The position numbers were made by a program, and so were the translations under genes. This document shows positions 36,828-45,671 of a DNA stretch of 64,000 nt, one piece after another. The stretch's first letter is position 1. Every line of letters starts with the position of its first letter. The DNA is from a virus (taxonomy: Duplodnaviria > Caudoviricetes). Location of the stretch: positions 1-64,000 of the IMG/VR virus record IMGVR_UViG_3300044656_000238. One strand, written 5' to 3'. The notes under the pieces are model-generated. The model ran no database searches and was not told the DNA's origin. It saw nothing but the letters and a program-made list of their open reading frames with translations.

Positions 36828-37066
36828 TGCACCGCCTCGGTGCTCCTGGGTTCCCAGATCGTCCAGAGCCCGCACCCTGGGCACTGGCGCTGGTCGTGTG
36901 TCTCCGCCATGTACTCCTGCCACTCCAGGGCGTCGACGTAGCTGTTGGGCTGCCGGTGCTCGTCGCATCGCGGATCGCATTCCGGCATCCGGGGCTCGAT
37001 CGGGATGCACCGCCGGCTTGGGGTGCCGACGTCCTCGCAGATGATCGCGATCACGCGTCTGGTCAT
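36824..37066 (-). CDS. Small Cys-rich protein
   Basis: THDQRQCPGCGLWTIW, coupled. Confidence 0.6.
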   Translation of the reverse strand: MTRRVIAIICEDVGTPSRRCIPIEPRMPECDPRCDEHRQPNSYVDALEWQEYMAETHDQRQCPGCGLWTIWEPRSTEAVQ

Positions 37067-37557
37067 GCGAGCAGCACCTCCCGGTCGTAGCCGCCACCAC
37101 GGACCACCACCTGATACTTCTTCAGCCGTGCCTCCCGATACACCAGGGCCCCGTACTCGATCAACCGGCTGTGTGCCTGGGCCAGCGTCTCGCCCTCGTT
37201 GTCCATGACGAGCTGGATCGCGTCGACGGCCTCCTGGCTAGCGTTCACCGCGAGGCGGCGGCTCGCCGCTGGTGGGTGGCGTTCCCCGCGGCGCTCCACC
37301 ACGAACGGATCCCGGCGCTCACCGTGCTTGACCCGCAGATCGTCCAACTGGTCCTCGTACGCCCGTATGTGGCGGCGCAACTCGTCCACGAGGTCTCCGG
37401 CCCGCCGTGCCCGCTCCCCGGTCGCTCGGATCTCGGCGTCCGCTGCTTCCTGTGCGGCCTTGACGATCGGTTCCGCGATCTCCCTGGCCCGGCGCTCCAG
37501 GTAGGCGTTCAGGTCCCGGGTGACCGCCTCCAAGCGGTCCAGGGCGTCCGGTGGCAC
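37063..37557 (-). CDS. Coiled-coil hypothetical protein
   Basis: AAGGAG RBS before GTG 37557. Confidence 0.6.
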   Translation of the reverse strand: MPPDALDRLEAVTRDLNAYLERRAREIAEPIVKAAQEAADAEIRATGERARRAGDLVDELRRHIRAYEDQLDDLRVKHGERRDPFVVERRGERHPPAASRRLAVNASQEAVDAIQLVMDNEGETLAQAHSRLIEYGALVYREARLKKYQVVVRGGGYDREVLLA

Positions 37558-37636
37558 GGGCTCTCCTTCGGTCGGGCCGGCCGCCCCGGTGCAACGGGTC
37601 CAGAGACGGCCGGCGTGGTGCAACGGGTCGGGGCGG

Positions 37637-38197
37637 TCAGTCGCCGTTCCAGCCGCCCGGTTCCCATGGGCGTGGTCGGCGGTGGATGACCCGGGCGACG
37701 ATCAGGCCGATCGCCTCGGCCGGGTCGTCGCCATTGCCGATCGCGAGAAGCACGCCGGACACTTCGGAGTTCAGCGTCTCGAACAGCACCACCGACGAGG
37801 CGTCGGCCATGCCGGACAGGTCGCGCGGAAGTGTCGCCAGCGACATGGTGCCCAGCCGGTCGGTGCTGAACACGGTGCGAATGTGGCCCGCGGTCGTCGT
37901 GACGAACAGCGCACCGCGACCGCCGACCAGGTTCATGGTCATCGCCGCCGGGCTATTGCGCGTCTGGGCTGCCAGGCCGCGCACCGGAAGTTCGGACAGG
38001 CGTGTGGGGCGTGCCGATGGCGACTTCCCGACCGACGCCCGGTTGTCGACCCGGTACTGCAACACCCGGGCGGACACCACCAGCTCATCGGCGACCGATC
38101 CGTCCCCGTCTTGAACCCGCGCGGCAAGGTCGGTCACCCTGGTAATCAGCTCCTCGTGCCCGAGCTGGGCGGCGATCTCGAACATCTGCTTAGTCAT
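37637..38197 (-). CDS. Hypothetical protein
   Basis: GGAGG RBS, overlaps the upstream stop. Confidence 0.6.
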   Translation of the reverse strand: MTKQMFEIAAQLGHEELITRVTDLAARVQDGDGSVADELVVSARVLQYRVDNRASVGKSPSARPTRLSELPVRGLAAQTRNSPAAMTMNLVGGRGALFVTTTAGHIRTVFSTDRLGTMSLATLPRDLSGMADASSVVLFETLNSEVSGVLLAIGNGDDPAEAIGLIVARVIHRRPRPWEPGGWNGD

Positions 38198-38732
38198 CGG
38201 CGTCTTCCTCCAGGCTCAGAACGGGGGCTCGTCGGGGCCGCTCGGCGCGGGCCGGCGGCGGCTGGTCGGCGGCGCTGTAGTGGGCGTGGATGTTGAACAC
38301 GTCGATCGCGAACCCCTCGGTGATCGTGGAGTCGTAGACCCGGCCGAGGACGACGATCAGGTCTGCCGCGTTGTTCGCCTCGCCGGCCAGCAGGGCCTTC
38401 GCGGCCTCGAACATCACCCGACGTCCGGTCTTGTCCGGCAGGGCGTACAGGGCGCCGATCTGGCTTGCTGCTTCGGCGTTCACCTCGGCGTCGGCGGGCA
38501 CGCCCACGTCGAAGTGGCACGGGCAGCCGCAGCTGCCACCGATACGGGCAGAGCACTCGGTGTGGTAGCCGATGGAGCACTGGCGGTTCCGCGGGTGGTC
38601 GTACGGGCGGCGGTCCGTGCCGTCCGTGCCGAGCAGGCGGTTGGTGTAGGTGTCGTCGGTCTCGCCGTCCAGCGCCGGCGCGGGAGCCGGATACCAGCGG
38701 CCCCGCTCGATCGTGTCGGTCACGGTGGTCAT
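38190..38732 (-). CDS. Hypothetical protein
   Basis: Coupled. QCSIGYHTECS...CGCPCH motif. Confidence 0.6.
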   Translation of the reverse strand: MTTVTDTIERGRWYPAPAPALDGETDDTYTNRLLGTDGTDRRPYDHPRNRQCSIGYHTECSARIGGSCGCPCHFDVGVPADAEVNAEAASQIGALYALPDKTGRRVMFEAAKALLAGEANNAADLIVVLGRVYDSTITEGFAIDVFNIHAHYSAADQPPPARAERPRRAPVLSLEEDADD

Positions 38733-39094
38733 TCCCCTTCGGAATCGGTGTCGGTGGCGGCCGCGATCGCTTCGGGCTTGAGCGTCCACTCCCCGCGCTG
38801 CCACTCAAGGCTGCCCGCCGCCGCACCGGCCGGCGGGGCGTACTTGGCGAACCGGGTCAACTGGGTGTGGTAGTAGCTGCTGCCCTTGTGGCTCCACAGC
38901 TTCGGGTGCGTATCCCGCAGCCAGCGGCGGATGATCTCCCGGCCGACCAGCTCGACCAATTCGCCAGCGACCGGGTCGTCGTACGGAACCGGGTTGGCCT
39001 GCGCCACATGCCAGTACGCGGCCAGCAGTTCGTCGGTGTAGCTGCCCAGCTTGTTCGGGTCGATCTCGACGGTGACCGCGATGGGCTCGCGCAT
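38729..39094 (-). CDS. Hypothetical protein
   Basis: WHVAQANP...GREIIRRWL, coupled. Confidence 0.65.
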   Translation of the reverse strand: MREPIAVTVEIDPNKLGSYTDELLAAYWHVAQANPVPYDDPVAGELVELVGREIIRRWLRDTHPKLWSHKGSSYYHTQLTRFAKYAPPAGAAAGSLEWQRGEWTLKPEAIAAATDTDSEGE

Positions 39095-39519
39095 CACTTG
39101 ACCTCGCGGATGGCGTCGCGGGCCTCGTACAGGTTGCGCCAACCGATGCGCTCGGACTCGGCGGCGAGGATCTCGCGCCAGCCGTTCGGCGGCGGGTAGT
39201 CGCCGCCCTCTCCGTCGCCCTGGTAGTACAGGCACGGGTCGTTGAACCCGATGCCCAGGCGCTTGGCGTCCGCGATCAGGGTGTCGACCGCGACCGACAG
39301 GCCTGACACGGTGTTGCCGTCGTGGACGAAGTAGCGGGTGCGCAGCGTGCCCTCGGTGGACACCTTCCCCGCATCGGGGTCGTCGTCGGCGAACCCGCTG
39401 TCGAGGAAGTCGAGGGACGCGGCCCAGGTGTCGGCTGGCGTGGCGGTGGAACGGTCGAAGGTGTCGCGCCAGCAGACGGTGATGCCCGTGGACCAGTAGC
39501 GGCCGGTGTTGGAGATCAT
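39094..39519 (-). CDS. Hypothetical protein
   Basis: GAGGAG RBS, coupled. Confidence 0.65.
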   Translation of the reverse strand: MISNTGRYWSTGITVCWRDTFDRSTATPADTWAASLDFLDSGFADDDPDAGKVSTEGTLRTRYFVHDGNTVSGLSVAVDTLIADAKRLGIGFNDPCLYYQGDGEGGDYPPPNGWREILAAESERIGWRNLYEARDAIREVK

Positions 39520-39527
39520 GGCGGCGG

Positions 39528-39917
39528 TTACTCCTCGGTTGGGTCGTCGTCGAAAGGGTCGAGCAGCGTGCACGCCTTCTCCGGGTCCACCGCGTAGGCA
39601 TCCAGGAACTCGGCGAACCGGTCGCGGGGCAGCCAGCCGCGCTGCCCCACGATCAAGCCGGTGTCGGCCCATTCCCCGTCGAGCGGGCCCGTGTAGCCCG
39701 GGGCCATCGGGTCGCGGAGGGCGCTGGTTCCGGCCTCGTCGGCGCGGCGGAGACGCTCGTGGTGCTTGTGGACGGCGTCGAACGAGTGGCCGTGCTCGTG
39801 CTTCAGGTAGTCCAGAATCTCGGCGCGGTTGCCGATGAACGTCGGGGCATCGACGATCGCGGACCACTCCATGTACAGGTCCCGATCCTTGGTGGCCTTG
39901 ATGATGTAGCGGCCCAT
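39528..39917 (-). CDS. Hypothetical protein
   Basis: YMEWSAIVDAP...RLRRADEAGTS, coupled. Confidence 0.65.
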   Translation of the reverse strand: MGRYIIKATKDRDLYMEWSAIVDAPTFIGNRAEILDYLKHEHGHSFDAVHKHHERLRRADEAGTSALRDPMAPGYTGPLDGEWADTGLIVGQRGWLPRDRFAEFLDAYAVDPEKACTLLDPFDDDPTEE

Positions 39918-40399
39918 CACTCCTCCCCAGTCGGGACAGCGGTGGTCGGCTTGTAGGTGGTGGTCGACAGCGTGGCCACCAGGCAGCGGCACGGTCCGGT
40001 CGAGGTCCAGGAGGAGCACTCCGAGCTGAACCCAGCCGGGCAGCCCCGAGGAGCCCACGAGCCTGCCGGATAGCGCCGTGCGCCGGTGTCGCAGCACGGC
40101 TGTCCCGGGTCCACGACGTGGGTGCGCCGGTACGTGTCGCAGTCCAGGGATGCGCCGTGAATGGCGCAGCACGGCGCGTGGGTCGGCACCGGCCGCCAGC
40201 ACTCGGGTTCGTCTACGTACAGACCGTTGGTGGTGTCCTCCCAGCCCGGGCCGAACGTCCCCGCGCCCGCGGCTGTGCCGGCGAGGATGCACACGCGGTC
40301 CTCGGACCACCGCATCTCGACCTCCTGGCCGTCGAACAGGCCCAGGATCGGCGTGCCGTCCGTGGGGGCCGGCTCCATCGGCTGCCACATGGTGGTCAC
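39917..40399 (-). CDS. Hypothetical protein (WQPMEPAPTDG, DUF551-like N-terminus)
   Basis: WQP..AP.DG...P..W.P motif, Cys-rich tail. Confidence 0.55.
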   Translation of the reverse strand: MTTMWQPMEPAPTDGTPILGLFDGQEVEMRWSEDRVCILAGTAAGAGTFGPGWEDTTNGLYVDEPECWRPVPTHAPCCAIHGASLDCDTYRRTHVVDPGQPCCDTGARRYPAGSWAPRGCPAGFSSECSSWTSTGPCRCLVATLSTTTYKPTTAVPTGEE

Positions 40400-40776
40400 G
40401 ACTGCTCACCGAGCAGTTCGGCAGACCGACGCAGCAACTCGTCCACCGCGACGGCAAGCCCATCAGCGCGGCCCTCGGAGAACTCGGTAAAGCCGAGGTT
40501 CTTGCACGCTCGGGACTGACCCGCGAACTTCTCGGCCAGCCGCTTCAGTTCAGCGGCGGCCGAACGGACCTCGCCGCACGGGTAGTCCTCGGTGCACTCG
40601 CACACCAAGATGTCCGGGTGCGGGCCGCACGGCGCGGAGCCGCAGTTCACGCAGTCGCTGGAGTCCCAGTACGGCTTGTGGCCCTCGATCGGGTTGGGCA
40701 ACTGGTCGCGGCGATCGGTTTGGCCCTGGCGTGCGATCGGCTGCTCGGTCTCCTCCACTGGTTCGATGGCGGTCAC
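40396..40776 (-). CDS. Hypothetical protein
   Basis: Coupled. VCECTEDYPC motif. Confidence 0.55.
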   Translation of the reverse strand: MTAIEPVEETEQPIARQGQTDRRDQLPNPIEGHKPYWDSSDCVNCGSAPCGPHPDILVCECTEDYPCGEVRSAAAELKRLAEKFAGQSRACKNLGFTEFSEGRADGLAVAVDELLRRSAELLGEQS

Positions 40777-41138
40777 TCGTGATCCTTCCTGGCTGCTTGG
40801 GTCGCGGCCATCTCGTCGTAGGAGTCGAACAGCGCCGGCCACCCGTCGCCGGGGTAAAGCGCGTCGGCCGGCAGCCGCCCGGTCACGACCGCGAGCCGGA
40901 CACCGAGGTGGTCCCGGCCGGCGACCGCGAGCCACCCGGCGCACGCCTGTTCCCGGCCCTCCGCGGTCTTGTGACAGGCGAACAGCGGCGCGTCCAGCGC
41001 GGCTTCCGCCCCTGGCACGCCGGACGTGTTCTGCAACTGCTCGTACCGGCACGCCGGGAACTGCCCAGGCGAGGTGTCCCGCCGCCACGGGCACTCGGCG
41101 CACGGGAACCGGCGGTGCGCCATCGGTCCGCTGCTCAT
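40773..41138 (-). CDS. DUF6283-like protein
   Basis: PCAECPWRRD...FACH...CAGWL motif. Confidence 0.7.
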   Translation of the reverse strand: MSSGPMAHRRFPCAECPWRRDTSPGQFPACRYEQLQNTSGVPGAEAALDAPLFACHKTAEGREQACAGWLAVAGRDHLGVRLAVVTGRLPADALYPGDGWPALFDSYDEMAATQAARKDHE

Positions 41139-42070
41139 GACCACAGGCCGGCGTCCGCCGGCATCGTCGTCGCGTCGACTTGGTCCAGCACCATGCACCT
41201 GAGGTCGCAGTCTTGCTCCATCACCGGTGGCCGTCCGAACAGGACTGTGCCTACAGCGACCAGCACCACCCGCGAGACCGAATCGCTGCCCTTCTTCGTA
41301 CGTGGCGCGGCCTGGTACATCAGGTAGCGGCCCAGTCGCCACGCCCGGAGCCGCTCAGCGAACTCGGGGTCACCGACCGCGCCGGCAAGGGTGATCAGGG
41401 CGATGCCGAACAGTAGGTCGGCGTCGTCAGGCTCGGCCGAGACGACGTACAGCGGGTCAGCGCCGGCGTCGAACTGGCCGACATCCCGGCCAGACGCGAC
41501 CAGGCGCTGCCGCAGTTCGCCGGCGAGCTTGTGGGCTGCGGCGCCGCGGACGAGCTGGTTGCCCGCGATCAGGCGGCCAGGGAGCCGGACGACGTTGAGC
41601 AGCACGTCGCTGTCGGGGCTTTCCGTGTCGATCCGGTCGAGCGCGGCCTGCCCGTAGTGGGCCATGATCCGGCTCGCTGGGGTCTCCACACCGCCGCGGT
41701 AGGTGCGGGTCTCGGGGTCCCAGGTGGCGCCGGCCCGGAGTCGGCCGATGGCACCGATCCTGTCGTAGTTCCGGCCGCCCTCTCGCGCGGTCATCAGGAA
41801 CCGGTCCGGGTCCTGCGGGATACCCAGACCAAGGCGCGGGGCGGCGAGCGCCAGTTCGTAGCGCCACATCGTCGCCTCCTGGTAGACGGCCCGGAGCAGC
41901 CCGACGCGTTGACCGAGCGGCAGCTTCGGGAGGTCAGTGGCGAGGCGAACGCGCAGCCGCTCCGCGACGCGCGCCTGCTTGTTGGCGAACGCGCACACCC
42001 GGTCCAGTTCGTCGCTGTCGTAGGAGCGCACGGCGAGGTCGGGGGTCGGGAAGCTGGCGGCCGTGATCAC
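41135..42070 (-). CDS. 311-aa protein with a degenerate Fido/Fic-like motif
   Basis: YLMYQAAPRTKKGSDSVSR aligns to HPFxxGNGRxxR. Confidence 0.45.
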   Translation of the reverse strand: MITAASFPTPDLAVRSYDSDELDRVCAFANKQARVAERLRVRLATDLPKLPLGQRVGLLRAVYQEATMWRYELALAAPRLGLGIPQDPDRFLMTAREGGRNYDRIGAIGRLRAGATWDPETRTYRGGVETPASRIMAHYGQAALDRIDTESPDSDVLLNVVRLPGRLIAGNQLVRGAAAHKLAGELRQRLVASGRDVGQFDAGADPLYVVSAEPDDADLLFGIALITLAGAVGDPEFAERLRAWRLGRYLMYQAAPRTKKGSDSVSRVVLVAVGTVLFGRPPVMEQDCDLRCMVLDQVDATTMPADAGLWS

Positions 42071-42189
42071 ATCTCCTCCAGTTCGTCCTCGTCGAACTCC
42101 TCGCCGCAGCCACCGCAGCGGTACAGGCTGGTGTCGTCGATCTGCTCCAGGTCCCCGGAGCAGGACGGGCAGACGCCGTCGCCGCTCAT
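42067..42189 (-). CDS. 40-aa Zn-ribbon microprotein
   Basis: CPSC...YRCGGC, coupled on both sides. Confidence 0.55.
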   Translation of the reverse strand: MSGDGVCPSCSGDLEQIDDTSLYRCGGCGEEFDEDELEEM

Positions 42190-42524
42190 CGCGTACCGCC
42201 GGTGATGCCGAGCCCGGCCGCGATAGCGTTGCGGAACTGGTCCGCGATCGCCTTGCCCACCAGGTACATGCCGGGCTGCTCCGACGCGGTGGCCTCGATC
42301 TTGTCCGCCTCCGCGAGCACGTTCCGGATTGCTTCCACGTACGGCGTGCCGTTCAGAGCGACGTCGACCGGGTCGTCGAGGCGCGCTCTGATCCTGGCAT
42401 CCAGGTCCTGCGCGCGACGGGCGAGTTCGGCCTGCGCCTCCGCGGCACGCGGGTGACCGCGGTCGACGAACCGCCGGAGCAACTTGTCGCTGACCTCGAT
42501 GATCGGGACCGTGCTGGTCGTCAT
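42186..42524 (-). CDS. Hypothetical protein
   Basis: AGGAG RBS. Confidence 0.6.
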   Translation of the reverse strand: MTTSTVPIIEVSDKLLRRFVDRGHPRAAEAQAELARRAQDLDARIRARLDDPVDVALNGTPYVEAIRNVLAEADKIEATASEQPGMYLVGKAIADQFRNAIAAGLGITGGTR

Positions 42525-42599
42525 GTGCGCTCCTGAGTGCTTGTGGGTTCGGGGTGGCGTGGCCGCCCCGGCGGGAGAATGGGGCGGCCGGGCAGGTGG

Positions 42600-42989
42600 T
42601 CAGACGGTGGCCGCGGCCGCCGGAAGCGGCTTCTTGACGACGCCCCAGCAGCCCGGCGCGCCGCAATACGGGTCCCATCCGGCCCAGCAGTTGCACGGCT
42701 CGTCGCCAGCCGACGGGCGCAGCAGGTTGGCTGCCGTTTCCAGGGCCTGCTTGACGATCTCGCCGCGGCGCGGGGCGCCAGCGATGAGCATGACCCGCTG
42801 GTCGCCGGGGTGGTTGGAGTCGTAGGCGTGCAGCGTCACGACGTGCCGCTCGCGGTGGCTACGCGGCGTTGTGACGGTCAGCGTGGCGGGGTCGGCGGCC
42901 ATGACGCTGAGGGTGATGACGCGGGTCCCGCCGTGGACCTGGGCGGTCGCGACGACGTCGATTGTGGCCTGGGCGATGCTGGCGGACAT
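42600..42989 (-). CDS. Hypothetical protein
   Basis: GAGGAG RBS, divergent from the HTH gene. Confidence 0.6.
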   Translation of the reverse strand: MSASIAQATIDVVATAQVHGGTRVITLSVMAADPATLTVTTPRSHRERHVVTLHAYDSNHPGDQRVMLIAGAPRRGEIVKQALETAANLLRPSAGDEPCNCWAGWDPYCGAPGCWGVVKKPLPAAAATV

Positions 42990-43091
42990 CTACGCTCCTC
43001 ATTTCTGTCTTGTGAGTGAGACAGTAACTGTGTGACGATTGGCCCGTCAAGGTGTGTCACCCGAGAGACAGGAACCGATATGCTGCGACGC

Positions 43092-43358
43092 GTGCCAAGG
43101 CCAAAGTGGACGCCCAAGACCGACGCGCAGCGCCGCGCCATCGCCGCCGCGCTGCGCGCCAAGACGAAGGCGGACGAGGCCGAGGGCAAGATGTGGGACG
43201 CCGTCGCGGACGCCATCGACACGGGCGTCCCGGCCTCGTACATGGCCGAGGCAGTGGAACGGTCCCGGGCGACGCTGTACCGGCATGTCGACCGATCCGC
43301 CGCCGCTACCGACCAAGTCGAGCCCGAAGCCGCCGACGAGCAGCCGGACAGCGAGTGA
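43092..43358 (+). CDS. Small HTH regulator, probably leaderless
   Basis: GVPASYMAEAVERSRATLYRHV. TATGCT 7 nt before GTG. Confidence 0.7.
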   Translation: MPRPKWTPKTDAQRRAIAAALRAKTKADEAEGKMWDAVADAIDTGVPASYMAEAVERSRATLYRHVDRSAAATDQVEPEAADEQPDSE

Positions 43359-43370
43359 CCGTCCTACGAC

Positions 43371-43405
43371 CGCGGCCCCGTCCCTGGGTGGTGGACGGGG
43401 CCGCG
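43371..43405. terminator. Bidirectional hairpin terminator
   Basis: CGCGGCCCCGTCC-N9-GGACGGGGCCGCG between convergent units. Confidence 0.65.
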
Positions 43406-43425
43406 GTGCGAACTACTCGATGCCA

Positions 43426-43492
43426 GTGGAGGAAAGCGAGGAGACTAGGTTCCATTAGCAGTGGGTAGAAGGAAGCCTCCTCATGGCCTCAC
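43426..43492 (-). ncRNA. Candidate Y-RNA-like (YrlC-type) small RNA
   Basis: TACCGT -10 box at 43499-43504. Terminal stem with a bulged C, GAGGAGGCU/AGUCUCCUC stem, pyrimidine-rich UUCCUUCUA. Directly downstream of the TROVE-TerD-like gene. Confidence 0.55.
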
Positions 43493-43514
43493 ATCAGCAC
43501 GGTAGCACCCCGCC

Positions 43515-45671
43515 CTACGCTGGCACCAACGCGTTCAAACGGTCCAACGTGTACACCTCCGACCCCGACGGCAAGCCCTCCGGCCGGTCCAAACCGACGA
43601 ACGTCACCGGACCGTCGAAGACCATCCCGTCGCGGTACTCGCTAAACACGCCGGCCTTCGTGCGCAGAAGGCCCACCAGGTGCCCCACCGGCGTGAACCG
43701 CCGCTCCACGATCGACCGGGCCAGCAGCGCCGTCGACAAGCGGTTCGACTCGACCTGGTTTCCCCACGACGCGCCGCGCAGGAACATGTGCAACCACGTC
43801 GCCGACCAGCCGCCGTCCTCATCGCGGGCGAACACCAGCGGCAGCGCGACCCGACTCGTGCCACGCACCTCCGACCGCATCCGAACCGTACGCGGCTCGA
43901 ACGGCTTGCCACGCTGCCCGTCCAGCATCGTCATGAACCCGAAGAATGACTCCTCCGCCTCGTCGAACCCCTCCCCCGAGTACACGTTGACCTGCGGCAC
44001 GATGTAACGGGCCGGGACCTTCGACAAGTCGAGGTCGATGAACTCCGACGCCCCGTTCGTCGCATCCGTGATGTCCCCAGAGTGCGCGCCGCCGTAACCG
44101 GACAGGTTGGTGTAGGCCAACCAACCGACGTGGGTGAAGTCGTCGTCGAGCAGCAGCGCGGACAGGTCGTAGTCCGTACGCGCCTGGCGCTGCTTCCAGT
44201 GGATGAAGAAACGCAGGTGATCGCCGTCGATCTGCGTGCGGGAACCGCGGGGCATGATGCGGAAGCCGGCGCCGGTGGCCTTCCCGGACAGCGGCACTGC
44301 GACGTCCAGCACCGCAGGGTCCACGACCAGGTGCCGGCACGCGGGCAGCCGACGCGCAAGCTCGTCGTCGACGAGCTGCGTGAACTCGGCAACCAGCTCG
44401 GCCGGCAGCTCCCGGCGCGCATCCGGCGTCACCCACGCCCGGCCAGCCCGGTTGACGAACACGCGCGCGGCGTCCTGGCGCGTCCGGTTGACCAGGTGCT
44501 CGCGCAGGGACAGCAGCACGCGGCCCGACACGCGGCCGGAGACCTCCCCGGCGGTCTTGCGGAGCAACTCCACCTCGTCCGGGCCGGCCGCGCGGAGCGA
44601 ACGGTCCAGGTTGCGCACCAGCAGACCCGGCGCGTTGCTGAGCAGGCGCACGGCCTGCGCGACGTCGGCCAGGTCGAAGGCGTGCTCCACGCGCGAGACG
44701 AGCGAGCGGACCGTGATCTCACCGCGGGCGACGGCGAACACCGAGCTCGCGCTCGGCCACGTCTGCTGCGGGTGCTCATGTGGGTGCAGACGCTCGCCGA
44801 GGCGCTTCCACGGCTCCCCGTAAGGCGCGACGTCGGCGAGCTTGTCCGGGTTCGCGGTGACCACGTTGTCGAGGGCGGTCATGAGCGCGCGTCGGTCGCG
44901 GCGGGCGAACGACCGGAACTTGGTCGGCGTCGCCAGAGTGACGTCGCCGCCGGACAGCGCGCACGCCAGCCGCAGCACGTCGGTGACGGTGTCGATGAGC
45001 AGCGGCCGGTCGTTGGCCAGCCGCACCCGGTTGATGAGGGCGCGGTTCTCCCGGATCGGGATCACCGCCGGCTGCTCGCCGTCCAGGCACCAGGCGGCCA
45101 GCAGTTCGAGCAGCCGCAGGTCGTCCTCGGACAGCGGGGTCCTGCTGCCGGCCAGGTCCACGTACGCCGCTCGGGCCTCCGTGTCGAGGTCGCCGCCGAG
45201 GTGCAGCACGGTGACCCGGTCGGACACCGTCGGCAGGAACTCCTCGTGGGCGGCGAGCATCTCGGCGTAGGTGTGCTGGTAGGTGCCGTAGCCCGGCAGC
45301 GCCAGCAGGTTGATACCACCGGCCAGCAGTGTCGGCCGATCGTGGGAGGCGTCGTCGACGAGAGCGGCGGCCAGGCGCTCCAGCCAGAACTCGACCGTGT
45401 TCGGGACGTTCCGCGGGAAGTCGCGGAAATACACGTTGTGCTCGATGTGGTCGCCAACCAGGTGCTTGACAGCGCCCAGCGCGCACACGGCGGTGTCGAT
45501 CACCGTACCTGGGTGCAGCGTTGACAGGTGCTGGAGCAGCTGGCCCGATGCCTTGAAACCGACCGACATCAGCGCGGCATCGAACTGCCGCGCAGCTGCG
45601 GCTCCGTCGCCAGGCTCGCCAGCCGGGGCCGGGACGCGAAGCGTCTTCTGGATGAGCTTGGTGTCCAACAT
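43515..45671 (-). CDS. ROT/TROVE-like helical protein with a C-terminal TerD domain
   Basis: TVTDVLRLA and PGLLVRNLD in the helical region. TerD-type FFIHW...DYDLSA...HSGDITDA..GASEFID. Confidence 0.75.
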   Translation of the reverse strand: MLDTKLIQKTLRVPAPAGEPGDGAAAARQFDAALMSVGFKASGQLLQHLSTLHPGTVIDTAVCALGAVKHLVGDHIEHNVYFRDFPRNVPNTVEFWLERLAAALVDDASHDRPTLLAGGINLLALPGYGTYQHTYAEMLAAHEEFLPTVSDRVTVLHLGGDLDTEARAAYVDLAGSRTPLSEDDLRLLELLAAWCLDGEQPAVIPIRENRALINRVRLANDRPLLIDTVTDVLRLACALSGGDVTLATPTKFRSFARRDRRALMTALDNVVTANPDKLADVAPYGEPWKRLGERLHPHEHPQQTWPSASSVFAVARGEITVRSLVSRVEHAFDLADVAQAVRLLSNAPGLLVRNLDRSLRAAGPDEVELLRKTAGEVSGRVSGRVLLSLREHLVNRTRQDAARVFVNRAGRAWVTPDARRELPAELVAEFTQLVDDELARRLPACRHLVVDPAVLDVAVPLSGKATGAGFRIMPRGSRTQIDGDHLRFFIHWKQRQARTDYDLSALLLDDDFTHVGWLAYTNLSGYGGAHSGDITDATNGASEFIDLDLSKVPARYIVPQVNVYSGEGFDEAEESFFGFMTMLDGQRGKPFEPRTVRMRSEVRGTSRVALPLVFARDEDGGWSATWLHMFLRGASWGNQVESNRLSTALLARSIVERRFTPVGHLVGLLRTKAGVFSEYRDGMVFDGPVTFVGLDRPEGLPSGSEVYTLDRLNALVPA

